From: Crocinitomicaceae bacterium
GTDB taxonomy: Bacteria; Bacteroidota; Bacteroidia; Flavobacteriales_D; CAJJDF01
Direction: 5' to 3'
DNA: 64,000 nt
Assembly (NCBI GenBank): GCA_024639505.1
Contig: JAHEIE010000001.1
Location: forward strand, 4,572 to 68,571
The position numbers and the translations under genes were made by a program. Positions 7,663-16,995 of the stretch are shown piece by piece (position 1 is the stretch's first letter; each line of letters starts with the position of its first letter). The notes under the pieces were generated by a model. It was not told the origin of the DNA. It saw only the letters and a program-made list of their open reading frames with translations, and did no database searches.

Positions 7663-9828
7663 ATGAAAAATTTGAAACTGTTTATTTCTATCCTTTTTGC
7701 GACTGTTATTTCATTCGCTGGACTAAGTTCTGATTCGTTAATTTCCAACGGATTAGTAGAGCCTCAAATACTTGAGGAATACGTTCCTTCGTCTGATATT
7801 CTTCACAATATTTTCGCAAAAGAAAAGGAAGGGTCGGCAGACATTAGCTGGTTGATTGACTACGAAGCAATGCCAAAGTTGAGAGAAGCGGGTTATTCTG
7901 TTGTTATAAAATGGAACACAGATATTGGAGCGAAACGTCACAAAGGTGGTTATGCCAATTCTGATTGGACATCCATTCACGACATTCCTTTGGATGCAAC
8001 TCACTACAAATTGAAAGGATTGAAAGGTGGAGAAAAACATGTGTATAAAGTAGGTATAGAAAAAGGAGATGTTCAAGTGTTTTCTGACAAACAGAAATTT
8101 AAAACAGAGAGAGCTTGGGGAATTTTTAGAATCCTAGTTTTAATTGGTGCTTTGGGGATGTTCATTTACGGAATGAAAGTAATGAGCGAAGGTTTGCAAC
8201 AGGCTGCCGGTTCTAGATTAAGAAAAATGTTAGCCTCTATTACTTCCAATAGATTTAAAGGAGTACTTACAGGTTTTGGAATTACTTCTATTGTTCAATC
8301 TTCCTCTGTAACAACTGTAATGACTGTTAGTTTTGTAAATGCAGGGTTGCTAACTCTGATGCAATCTGCAGGAGTAATGATGGGAGCAAACATCGGAACA
8401 ACAATTACAGCTTGGCTAATCAACTTATTTGGGTTTAAAGTAAGTATGTCTAGTTATGCATTAGTTATTATCGCTATTGGAGCTCCATTTTTGTTTTTCG
8501 GAAAATCAAAAATGAAAGCATGGGCAGGTGCGATTATTGGATTTGCATTGTTGTTCATGGGATTAGGAGAATTGAAAGGTGCTGTTCCTGGATTGGATGC
8601 TAGTTCGCCTCTTGTTCAGTTCTTTGCTGATTATAACACAGGAAGTTTTGCTAGTATATTAATGTTTGTAGGATTAGGAACAATTGTAACGGTTGTTATT
8701 CAATCTTCATCTGCGGCCATGGCACTTACTATGACTCTTGTTGCGGCAGGAGTTATTCCATTTGAAGTTGCTGCTGCTATGGTTCTTGGAGAAAACATCG
8801 GGACAACAATTACTGCTGAGTTAGCTTCATTGATTGGAAATGTACACGCAAAACGTTCGGCAAGAATTCACTCTATGTTCAACATCATTGGAGTAATTTG
8901 GGCAATTCTTTTGATGCCGTTCTTAATAGATGGTATCGTTTGGATAATGGATGTAATGGGAGCAGGAAATCCAATTCCAGAATATGGTGCGGATGGAAGT
9001 ATTATCAAAAAGGATTCTTATAACACAGGAATCGCTATTTTCCACACTACGTTTAACTTGTTGAATGTTATTCTATTGATTGGTTTTGTTCCTCAATTAG
9101 TTAGATTGGCTGAAAGAACTGTAAAATCTAAAGGAGAGGAAGACGAAGAGTTTCACTTAGAGTTTATTAGTGCTGGGATGATGTCTACTCCTGATTTGTC
9201 TATTTCTGAAGCGAAAAAAGAAATAGAAAAATTTGGTTCAATTACACAACGAATGAACGGATTTGTATCTAGTTTATTAGTTGAAAAAGAGACTAAAAAA
9301 ATTGGAAAACTGATTAAAAAAGTAAAAAAATACGAAGAAATAACGGATAGAATTGAACTAGAAGTTGCTGATTACTTAGCAAAAGTTTCGCAAGGAGAAA
9401 TGAGTACCGATACTTCTATTCGTATCAGGGGAATGCTAAGCATGATTGGAGATTTGGAAAGAATTGGAGATATTTATTACCAAGTTTCAAAAACGATTGA
9501 ATCGAAGCATGAGAAGAAGATTTGGTTCTCGCCTGAGCACAGACAAAAATTAGTAAACTTAGCTAATTTGGTAGACGAAGCCTTTGACATTATGATGGAA
9601 AATCTTTCGGAAAATTATTCGAATGTGACTATTCAAAAAGCAATTGAAAAAGAAAAAGAAATCAATAAGCTTAGAAACCAAATTAGAAAACAGCACCTAG
9701 AAGACATTGGTTCTGGGAAATACGATACGGTTACGGCTACTTTCTATAGCAATATTTTCCATTCTCTTGAAAAAGTGGGAGATCATATCATTAATGTAAC
9801 AGAAGGTTTGACAGGAGATATCGAATAG
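7663..9828 (+). CDS. Na+/phosphate cotransporter (NptA family) with an N-terminal extracytoplasmic domain and a C-terminal PhoU-like domain
   Basis: Duplicated QSSSVTTVMTV and QSSSAAMALTM Na/Pi repeats. The C-terminal helices carry RIGDIYYQ and KVGDHIINV PhoU-like motifs. About 150 aa precede the first TM helix. Confidence 0.8.
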   Translation: MKNLKLFISILFATVISFAGLSSDSLISNGLVEPQILEEYVPSSDILHNIFAKEKEGSADISWLIDYEAMPKLREAGYSVVIKWNTDIGAKRHKGGYANSDWTSIHDIPLDATHYKLKGLKGGEKHVYKVGIEKGDVQVFSDKQKFKTERAWGIFRILVLIGALGMFIYGMKVMSEGLQQAAGSRLRKMLASITSNRFKGVLTGFGITSIVQSSSVTTVMTVSFVNAGLLTLMQSAGVMMGANIGTTITAWLINLFGFKVSMSSYALVIIAIGAPFLFFGKSKMKAWAGAIIGFALLFMGLGELKGAVPGLDASSPLVQFFADYNTGSFASILMFVGLGTIVTVVIQSSSAAMALTMTLVAAGVIPFEVAAAMVLGENIGTTITAELASLIGNVHAKRSARIHSMFNIIGVIWAILLMPFLIDGIVWIMDVMGAGNPIPEYGADGSIIKKDSYNTGIAIFHTTFNLLNVILLIGFVPQLVRLAERTVKSKGEEDEEFHLEFISAGMMSTPDLSISEAKKEIEKFGSITQRMNGFVSSLLVEKETKKIGKLIKKVKKYEEITDRIELEVADYLAKVSQGEMSTDTSIRIRGMLSMIGDLERIGDIYYQVSKTIESKHEKKIWFSPEHRQKLVNLANLVDEAFDIMMENLSENYSNVTIQKAIEKEKEINKLRNQIRKQHLEDIGSGKYDTVTATFYSNIFHSLEKVGDHIINVTEGLTGDIE

Positions 9829-9844
9829 TAATTACTTCAATAAT

Positions 9845-9881
9845 AAAAAACCTGCTGCTCAAATGAACAGCGGGTTTTTTT
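9845..9881. terminator. Bidirectional rho-independent terminator between the Na/Pi transporter gene and ruvC
   Basis: An A run, a 9-bp stem aacctgctg/cagcgggtt (one G-U pair on the plus strand) and a T7 run. Confidence 0.7.
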
Positions 9882-9892
9882 ATGCCTAATTT

Positions 9893-10444
9893 TTATTTAA
9901 TTCGCTTCGGGTTTTTTGCTGCGAAAGCCTTCCAACCCGTGTAATTCTCTCCCTTTTCTTGGCCGCCACCCTGAAAATGGTGGCAAACAGCTGCGGCTAA
10001 TCCATCGGTAGCATCCAATCTTTTGGGCAAGGTTTTAATTTTAAGTAATGTTTGCAACATGGCAGCCACTTGTTCCTTGCTTGCATTTCCGTTTCCGGTT
10101 ACAGCTTGTTTTATTTTTTTTGGCAAATATTCCGTGATTGGAACCTCTCGGTACAACGCTGCCGCCATTGCAACTCCCTGAGCTCTCCCTAATTTGAGCA
10201 TCGATTGTACGTTTTTACCAAAAAATGGAGCCTCAATCGCTAATTCATCGGGATGGTATTCATCTATAATGCCCAAGGTTCGTTCAAAAATCTTTTTAAG
10301 CTTCAATGCGTGTGTTTCGTATTTGGTCAATACAATTTCGCCAAAAGAAAGTAGCGTCATTTTATTCCCATCTACTTTAATTATCCCATATCCCATTACT
10401 GTTGTTCCAGGGTCAATTCCTAATATGATTTTCTCTTTCGCCAA
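9893..10444 (-). CDS. ruvC: Holliday junction resolvase RuvC
   Basis: [32 protein letters not shown] and [13 protein letters not shown] are canonical RuvC blocks. Confidence 0.9.
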   Translation of the reverse strand: MAKEKIILGIDPGTTVMGYGIIKVDGNKMTLLSFGEIVLTKYETHALKLKKIFERTLGIIDEYHPDELAIEAPFFGKNVQSMLKLGRAQGVAMAAALYREVPITEYLPKKIKQAVTGNGNASKEQVAAMLQTLLKIKTLPKRLDATDGLAAAVCHHFQGGGQEKGENYTGWKAFAAKNPKRIK

Positions 10445-10601
10445 AAAATTGATTTTTGTTTAGTCAAAGATAAAATAAATTGACTCTGTTTTTATACTGA
10501 GTAAACTTTTCAGATTAATCCGTTTTCAAATTGCTACATTAAAACATGGTATCCTCCATAAAAACCACTAATTTTACTATTCAAAATTAAAACCAAACTA
10601 G

Positions 10602-12131
10602 ATGTCTGACGATTTACTAAAAAAAGTAATTTCACACGCCAAAGAATACGGCTATATTTTCCCTTCTTCCGAAATTTATGATGGACTAAGTGCTACTTAT
10701 GATTACGGACAAAATGGATCGGAATTAAAAAACAACATTAAGGAATATTGGTGGAAATCAATGGTGCAAATGCACGAAAACATTGTGGGAATAGACGCTT
10801 CTATTTTTATGCATCCAACGACTTGGAAAGCTTCTGGGCACGTAGATGCCTTTAACGATCCTTTGATTGACAACAAAGATTCTAAAAAACGTTACCGTGC
10901 CGATGTATTAATAGAAGAGCATGTTGAAAAAATAAGACAGAAAATAGACAAAGATGTTGCCAAAGGATTGAAGCGATTTGGAGATGATTTTAACGAAGAA
11001 GAATTCAGAAAAACAAATCCAAACGTACTTCGAAATATTGCCAAAATTGAAGACATTGAACAAAAATTCAAAGACTCTTTGGGCAAAGATGATTTGCCAG
11101 CAGTAAAAGAACTAATTGAAGAATTGGGTATTGCATGCCCTGTTTCCGGTTCTAAAAACTGGACAGATGTTCGTCAGTTTAACTTGATGTTTAGCACAGA
11201 AATTGGTTCATTGGCTGATGGTTCAAGCACCATATATTTACGACCAGAAACGGCTCAGGGTATTTTTGTAAACTTCCTTAACGTACAGAAAACTGGAAGG
11301 ATGAAAATTCCTTTTGGGATTGCTCAAATTGGAAAAGCTTTCCGTAACGAAATTATTGCTCGTCAGTTTATTTTCCGAATGAGAGAATTTGAACAAATGG
11401 AAATGCAATTTTTTGTGAAGCCAGGAACTCAAAAACAATGGTTTGAATACTGGAAAGAAACCAGAATAAAATGGCACAAAGCACTTGGATTGGGTGAAGA
11501 AAACTACCGTTTTCACGATCATTTAAAAATGGCTCATTACGCAGATGCAGCAACTGATATTGAATTCAATTTTCCTATGGGATTCAAGGAACTGGAAGGA
11601 GTTCATTCTAGAACAGATTTTGATTTAAAAGCTCACGAGGAATATTCAGGTAAAAAACTGCAATATTTTGATCCTCAAGAGAATAAAAGTTACGTTCCTT
11701 ATGTAATCGAAACTTCTATCGGACTAGACAGAATGTTCCTGGCTATTCTTTCTAACTCTTTGAAAGAAGAAACTTTGGAAGACGGAAGTTCGAGAACAGT
11801 ATTGGCTTTGCCGCCAGCATTGGCTCCAACAAAAGCAGTTATTATGCCATTGACCAAGAAAGATGGTTTACCAGAGAAAGCGATGGAGGTAATGAATGAA
11901 TTGAAATATGATTTCAATTGCCAATACGATGAAAAAGACTCTCCAGGAAAGCGATACCGAAGACAAGATGCGCTGGGAACTCCATATTGCATCATGATAG
12001 ATCACCAGACTTTAGAGGACAATACTGTAACCATTAGAGATCGTGATACCATGAAACAAGACCGAGTTTCTATCACCGATTTGAGAGGGATTATTGGTGA
12101 GAAAATTAGTTTTAGTGGGTTGTTGAGGTAA
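10602..12131 (+). CDS. glyQS: Glycine--tRNA ligase (dimeric class II type)
   Basis: 509 aa. YLRPETAQGIFVNF, FRNEI..R.FIFRMREFEQMEMQFF and GLDRMFLA are class II motifs of GlyQS. Confidence 0.9.
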   Translation: MSDDLLKKVISHAKEYGYIFPSSEIYDGLSATYDYGQNGSELKNNIKEYWWKSMVQMHENIVGIDASIFMHPTTWKASGHVDAFNDPLIDNKDSKKRYRADVLIEEHVEKIRQKIDKDVAKGLKRFGDDFNEEEFRKTNPNVLRNIAKIEDIEQKFKDSLGKDDLPAVKELIEELGIACPVSGSKNWTDVRQFNLMFSTEIGSLADGSSTIYLRPETAQGIFVNFLNVQKTGRMKIPFGIAQIGKAFRNEIIARQFIFRMREFEQMEMQFFVKPGTQKQWFEYWKETRIKWHKALGLGEENYRFHDHLKMAHYADAATDIEFNFPMGFKELEGVHSRTDFDLKAHEEYSGKKLQYFDPQENKSYVPYVIETSIGLDRMFLAILSNSLKEETLEDGSSRTVLALPPALAPTKAVIMPLTKKDGLPEKAMEVMNELKYDFNCQYDEKDSPGKRYRRQDALGTPYCIMIDHQTLEDNTVTIRDRDTMKQDRVSITDLRGIIGEKISFSGLLR

Positions 12132-12156
12132 ATTTTTAAGAACTAATTTTTTACCT

Positions 12157-12186
12157 TGTCATTCCAAACTTGATTTGGAATCTAGT
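12157..12186 (+). repeat. Family A hairpin module (GTCATT + 8-bp stem-loop + CTAGTG)
   Basis: gtcattccaaacttgatttggaatctagtg. The same module occurs reverse-complemented at 20670-20700, 28946-28975 and 31967-31994, and in variant form at 26093, 33740 and 43029/43144. Confidence 0.75.
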
Positions 12187-12221
12187 GTTGAACAAAAATT
12201 ATTACTGGATAAGCCACCCTT

Positions 12222-12263
12222 ACCCGAATAGTCGGGACAAGCTGAGTGTCCCGATTAATCGGG
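12222..12263 (+). repeat. Family C hairpin module pair (cccgaaNNNNtcgggacaag, then tcccgattaatcggga)
   Basis: cccgaatagtcgggacaag recurs as cccgaattactcgggacaag at 19142-19161. The second hairpin has a perfect 7-bp stem. Confidence 0.65.
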
Positions 12264-12282
12264 ATGTATTGAAGTCCGACTT

Positions 12283-13041
12283 ATGAAAAATAAATATATG
12301 AAAACAACCCTAATAACAGGAGCAACCTCAGGAATAGGAATGGCAACTGCCAAGCTATTTGCTGCAAAAGGACACAAACTAATACTTTGTGGAAGAAGAA
12401 GAGAACGATTGGCTGAATTGAAAAAAGAACTCAATACCGAAGTTCATACCCTAACTTTTGATGTACGGAATAGAGAAGATGTTTTCAAAGCTATTGAATT
12501 TATTCCTTCGGAATTTAAGAACATAGATGTTTTGCTAAACAATGCAGGAAATGCACACGGATTGAGTACCATCCAAGATGGAAATATGGACGATTGGGAT
12601 GCGATGATGGATGGAAATGTAAAAGGATTGTTGTACGTAACCAAAGCTATTTTGCCAGGAATGATTGAACAGAATTCTGGGTTTATTGTAAATATTGGCT
12701 CGGTTGCAGCCAAGGAAGTCTACCCAAACGGAAATGTGTATTGCGCTTCGAAGCACGCAGTAGATGCTCTGAGCAAATCAATGCGAATAGATTTGGCTGG
12801 ATACAACATTAGAGTATCGGCAATTCATCCCGGTGCAGTAGAAACCGAATTCTCGGAAGTAAGATTCAAGGGCGATAAAGAAAAAGCAGCTGGAGTATAT
12901 CAAGGATTCGATGCCTTGCAAGCTCAGGACATTGCCGAAACGATTGATTTTATTACCTCTCGACCTCCTCACGTAAATATTGAGGATGTAGTCATTTATC
13001 CAACAGCTCAGGCAAATACAACCACTCTTACAAGAAAATAA
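12283..13041 (+). CDS. SDR-family NADP-dependent oxidoreductase (YdfG/serine dehydrogenase-like)
   Basis: TGATSGIG, NNAG and the YCASKHAV catalytic triad region. The start may instead be the ATG at 12298. Confidence 0.85.
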   Translation: MKNKYMKTTLITGATSGIGMATAKLFAAKGHKLILCGRRRERLAELKKELNTEVHTLTFDVRNREDVFKAIEFIPSEFKNIDVLLNNAGNAHGLSTIQDGNMDDWDAMMDGNVKGLLYVTKAILPGMIEQNSGFIVNIGSVAAKEVYPNGNVYCASKHAVDALSKSMRIDLAGYNIRVSAIHPGAVETEFSEVRFKGDKEKAAGVYQGFDALQAQDIAETIDFITSRPPHVNIEDVVIYPTAQANTTTLTRK

Positions 13042-13046
13042 ATCAC

Positions 13047-13085
13047 AAAAAAAATGCCTCTTGAATTTTTCAAGAGACATTTTTT
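13047..13085. terminator. Bidirectional rho-independent terminator
   Basis: An A8 run, a perfect 8-bp stem ctcttgaa/ttcaagag and a T run, lying between convergent genes. Confidence 0.75.
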
Positions 13086-13102
13086 AACTCGTTTTGTAGG
13101 GT

Positions 13103-13546
13103 TTATTTTCCAAAAAGTCCACCAAGTTTTCCTAGCATTCCGCCAATTCCGCCAGATTTTCCTCCACCAATCATTCCTAATAAATCTCCTATTTCGAAGC
13201 TGCTTCCTAGTTTGTCGCCAAACATTCCTACCACCTTATCCATAATCATAGAAGTAATTCCTCCTGATTTTTCAGTATCTACACCCAATTTATCAGAGAA
13301 CTGAGAAGACAACGCTCCTTTTATGCTATCTAGCATAGAGTTTCCATCGTTGTCGTTGTCATTGGATGAAAATAGATTCATAATTCCAGAAAGTCCACCT
13401 CCCATTGCTTCTTTGGAAACAGTGTCAGAAATAGTTTCTTTCGTAATGTCTAGTGCTTTGTCTTTTTGACCAGCATCCAATCCAAATTTTTCCATCAAAT
13501 CTCCTCCGATTTGATCTTTTACCGTGTTTATAATATCATCAATCAT
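13103..13546 (-). CDS. Hypothetical acidic, glycine-rich protein
   Basis: 147-aa ORF between a terminator and a plausible start. Gly-rich tail GGGKSGGIGGMLGKLGGLFGK. I recognise no family. Confidence 0.4.
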   Translation of the reverse strand: MIDDIINTVKDQIGGDLMEKFGLDAGQKDKALDITKETISDTVSKEAMGGGLSGIMNLFSSNDNDNDGNSMLDSIKGALSSQFSDKLGVDTEKSGGITSMIMDKVVGMFGDKLGSSFEIGDLLGMIGGGKSGGIGGMLGKLGGLFGK

Positions 13547-13613
13547 TTTTAGTTAGTTAGATAGTTAAGGTACAAGTATACTTATATTGAATATATTTTT
13601 AAAAAACAGAATG

Positions 13614-14420
13614 TTATTTGTTTTCTAAAAAAGGATTGTACATCATAATCGCATGATTTTCGACCAGAAGGGATTCCGTTTCTTTATCGGTTTCAATTTT
13701 TATTTTGTAAATCTGATTGTGTCGAGAATATCCGCCCCATGCCTGTTGTTTTATCTGGTGATTCCTTTCTTCTATACGGTAAGACTCTGAGAGATTATTG
13801 GAACAGAATAACTCTCCATGAAGATGTGTTTTGTCCAGCCACAATTTGAGACAAAAAGTGTGTTTCGTCTCATTTACACACTGCAAATCGATGTGATTAT
13901 AAGAAAGAGTTGCTCCAGCTCCAAACGGAACTTTTCGGTTTACATCTGGAAACACATCAAAACCGTGGCGATATCTTTCGGTAATAGTAAGAGGTGAGTG
14001 AGCAAATATCCAGAACAACAAGTTGCCCAATTGGCAAAGTCCTCCTCCTGTATCTTTCGCTATTTTTCCGCTTTTCAGTACCAATCCTTCCAAATAACCT
14101 TTCGATTTTGTTGGCCTTCCCACATTTTTCCAGATAGAAAAAGTTTCTCCAGGACTGATTGCAATTTCATTCAGATGGGAAATTGCTAGTTCTAGATTTT
14201 TTCGTTTATTCTCTTGAAGATACATTTCTACATCTTTCAGGGGACGCAAAATCATAGATTTATGATGAAAAACAGAGTGTAAATTGACGAATTCAGGTGT
14301 CTTTTTTGCCCATTTTTTACGACCAAAAATCCAATCTTTTTTTCTTAAAAGAATGTAATATTCTTTGCCAAAAAATCTTCTAAGTAAATTTCTCTTTATG
14401 GGTTTTTTAATGGTGTTCAC
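13614..14420 (-). CDS. VanW-family protein
   Basis: The GGGLCQLGNLLFW block resembles the conserved VanW GGG(V/L)CQ core. 268 aa. Confidence 0.6.
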   Translation of the reverse strand: MNTIKKPIKRNLLRRFFGKEYYILLRKKDWIFGRKKWAKKTPEFVNLHSVFHHKSMILRPLKDVEMYLQENKRKNLELAISHLNEIAISPGETFSIWKNVGRPTKSKGYLEGLVLKSGKIAKDTGGGLCQLGNLLFWIFAHSPLTITERYRHGFDVFPDVNRKVPFGAGATLSYNHIDLQCVNETKHTFCLKLWLDKTHLHGELFCSNNLSESYRIEERNHQIKQQAWGGYSRHNQIYKIKIETDKETESLLVENHAIMMYNPFLENK

Positions 14421-14423
14421 ATC

Positions 14424-16853
14424 CTACATCTCAATATATTTAGCCGGATTTGCTTCATGCATCATTTCATACACTGCCTCAAAAATCGTTTCCATGTTTG
14501 GCTTAGAGAAATAATCTCCATCACTTCCGTAAGCTGGCCTGTGAGCTTTGGATGCCAAAGTAACTGGTTTTGAATCCAAATACTTGTATGCTTCCTGTTC
14601 CACCATTACTTTATCTAGCATGTAGGCTGTTGCTCCTCCCGGAACGTCTTCATCTACAAAAATCACACGATTTGTTTTCTTGATAGATTCTACGATGGCA
14701 TGATTTACATCAAAAGGCAATAAGGTTTGTACATCAATCAATTCTACCGAAATATCTACTTCGGCCAATTGTTTGGCAACTTCTGTGCAAATATTAAATG
14801 TGGAACCGTAAGAAACCAACGTAATGTCGCTTCCTTCTCTTGTGATTTCAGGAATACCCAACGGAATTTTATATTCACCCAAATTGGTTGGCATATTTTC
14901 TTTGCTTCTGTATCCGTTTAGGCATTCTATTACCAAGGCTGGATCATCACTTTCTAACAAAGTATTGTAGAATCCTGCAGCTATCATCATGTTTCTTGGT
15001 ACACACACGTGCATTCCTCTCAATGAGTTTATAATCATTCCCATTGGCGAACCTGAGTGCCATACCCCTTCTAGTCTGTGTCCTCTTGTTCTTACTATTA
15101 ATGGTGCTTTTTGCGTTCCTTTTGTACGGTAATGTAGTGTTGCTAAATCATCACTCAAAATTTGAATTCCGTACAATAAATAATCTAAGTATTGGATTTC
15201 GGCAATCGGCCGCAATCCTCTCATTGCCATTCCTATTCCCTGCCCAATTATTGTTGCTTCTCGTATTCCGGTGTCAGAAACTCGGCTTTCGCCAAATTTT
15301 TCTTGCATCCCTTCCATACTTTGGTTCACACCACCAATTTTTCCTGTGTCTTCTCCAAATGTGAAAATAAGTGGGTTGTTGCTAAACTGAACATCAAAAT
15401 TTTCTCTCAATATCAATCTACCGTCTACCAAGTTTTCTCCTTCAAATGTAGGTGCAACCGGCTCAATGTTCAAGGCACTTTTTTCATTAGTTGGCAATAA
15501 ATATGAATTGTACCTGTCAGCATTTTCAATGTCGCTTTTCGCTACCCAATTTTTCAATTGTTGCTTGTGTTCGCATGATTCTGTGCGAGTCAATCGTATC
15601 GTTTTCTTCGCTGCCGATACTATTTCTTTTCTTCCCGGCTCAGTGATAGCAGCCAGTTCGTTTGCAATTTTTTCTACAAACACTTTGCTTTTGCTGTTGG
15701 CAGCAATGCTCTGGATAAGAGCCACAACTGTTTTTTGCTCTTCTTGGTAAGGAGTCAAGAAATTAGACCAAGCTTCTTTTTTGGCATCTCTTGCTATCTT
15801 TTTTGCTTCTTTATCAATTTCATCCAACTCATCTTGAGTAGCAATTTCCTTTTTGTATTCCTTTTTGTAATCAAGAATCCAAGTTCTAAATTGATTTACT
15901 CCATCGTACTCCACTTCCCATTCTAGGCGTTCTTTGGATTTGTATCTTTCGTGCGATCCCGAAGTAGAGTGACCTTGCGGCTGAGTTACTTCTTCTACAT
16001 GCACCAATACTGGAGTGTGATTTTCTCTAGCATGCGCTACAGCCTCTTGGTAAGTTCTGCAAAGTCCAGGGTAATCCCAGCCTTTTACTTTCATTATTTT
16101 AAATCCGGCTTTGTCTTTTGCTTCTTCAAATCCAGCCAACAATTCCGAAATATTTTCTTTGGTTGTTTGGTATCTTTTAGGAACAGAAATTCCGTGTCCA
16201 TCATCCCACACACTCATTACCATTGGCACTTGCAGTACACCCGCTGCGTTCATTGTTTCAAAAAACAATCCTTCACTTGTACTCGCATCTCCAATTGTAC
16301 CAAAAGCCACCTCATTTCCTTTGATAGAAAATTCTGTAAACTCATTCAAGTTGTCGTTTTCACGAAATTTTTTGGAAGCCAAAGCCAATCCTAACAAGCG
16401 AGGCATTTGACCCGCTGTAGGCGAAATATCAGCCGAAGAGTTCTTTTGTTCTGTCAATCTTTTCCAACTTCCGTCTGAGTTGAGTGATTGAGTAGAGAAA
16501 TGTCCCCCCATTTGTCTTCCTGCCGAAAACGGTTCGTTTTCTTGATTTGTGTCTGCATACAATCCTGCAAAAAAGTTGGTCGGAGTCATTTGTCCAATCG
16601 CCATCATAAGCGTTTGATCTCTGTAATATCCCGAACGAAAATCTCCGTTTTCAAACTGTTTTGCCAATGCTATTTGTGGCAATTCTTTTCCGTCTCCAAA
16701 AATTCCAAACTTCGCTTTACCTGTCAACACCTCTCTTCTTCCTAGTAAAGAAAGTTCTCTACTGATTCTTGCAAGGCGGTAATCTGCAATTACTTCTTGC
16801 CTAAAATCCTCAAAGGTTACCTCAGTTTTAGTCGTTGTATCAGCTGTTTCCAT
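14424..16853 (-). CDS. Fused 2-oxoacid (branched-chain type) dehydrogenase E1 alpha/beta subunit, TPP-dependent
   Basis: 809 aa. The N-terminal half carries the TPP-binding GDASTSEG..N pattern, and the C-terminal half has the transketolase-like pyrimidine-binding and C-terminal domains. Confidence 0.8.
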   Translation of the reverse strand: METADTTTKTEVTFEDFRQEVIADYRLARISRELSLLGRREVLTGKAKFGIFGDGKELPQIALAKQFENGDFRSGYYRDQTLMMAIGQMTPTNFFAGLYADTNQENEPFSAGRQMGGHFSTQSLNSDGSWKRLTEQKNSSADISPTAGQMPRLLGLALASKKFRENDNLNEFTEFSIKGNEVAFGTIGDASTSEGLFFETMNAAGVLQVPMVMSVWDDGHGISVPKRYQTTKENISELLAGFEEAKDKAGFKIMKVKGWDYPGLCRTYQEAVAHARENHTPVLVHVEEVTQPQGHSTSGSHERYKSKERLEWEVEYDGVNQFRTWILDYKKEYKKEIATQDELDEIDKEAKKIARDAKKEAWSNFLTPYQEEQKTVVALIQSIAANSKSKVFVEKIANELAAITEPGRKEIVSAAKKTIRLTRTESCEHKQQLKNWVAKSDIENADRYNSYLLPTNEKSALNIEPVAPTFEGENLVDGRLILRENFDVQFSNNPLIFTFGEDTGKIGGVNQSMEGMQEKFGESRVSDTGIREATIIGQGIGMAMRGLRPIAEIQYLDYLLYGIQILSDDLATLHYRTKGTQKAPLIVRTRGHRLEGVWHSGSPMGMIINSLRGMHVCVPRNMMIAAGFYNTLLESDDPALVIECLNGYRSKENMPTNLGEYKIPLGIPEITREGSDITLVSYGSTFNICTEVAKQLAEVDISVELIDVQTLLPFDVNHAIVESIKKTNRVIFVDEDVPGGATAYMLDKVMVEQEAYKYLDSKPVTLASKAHRPAYGSDGDYFSKPNMETIFEAVYEMMHEANPAKYIEM

Positions 16854-16995
16854 TCGTTGTTGTAATTGAGTTATTCTCCCTATGGGATTGCCACAAAGAT
16901 AGAAAAAAACGAAAGATTCGGCAAGGGTAAAATCAGTCCCGAAACACGATTCATTTTTTAGTTTTGGGTTTTTATTTTTTCCGTACTTTTATACC

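Noticed and set aside
15951-16394. Long ORFs antisense to, or out of frame within, well-supported genes. Examples are 15951-16394 and 16111-16410 in the E1 dehydrogenase gene, 30349-30795 in valS, 36277-36852 in the MORN gene, 41684-42085 in the desaturase gene, 22352-22696 in dnaE2 and 32398-32829 in metK.
   Set aside because: Their products are low-complexity and rich in Ser, Phe, Leu and Cys, with no recognisable motifs. They lie entirely inside genes whose own frames carry strong family signatures. Such shadow ORFs are expected in AT-rich DNA.
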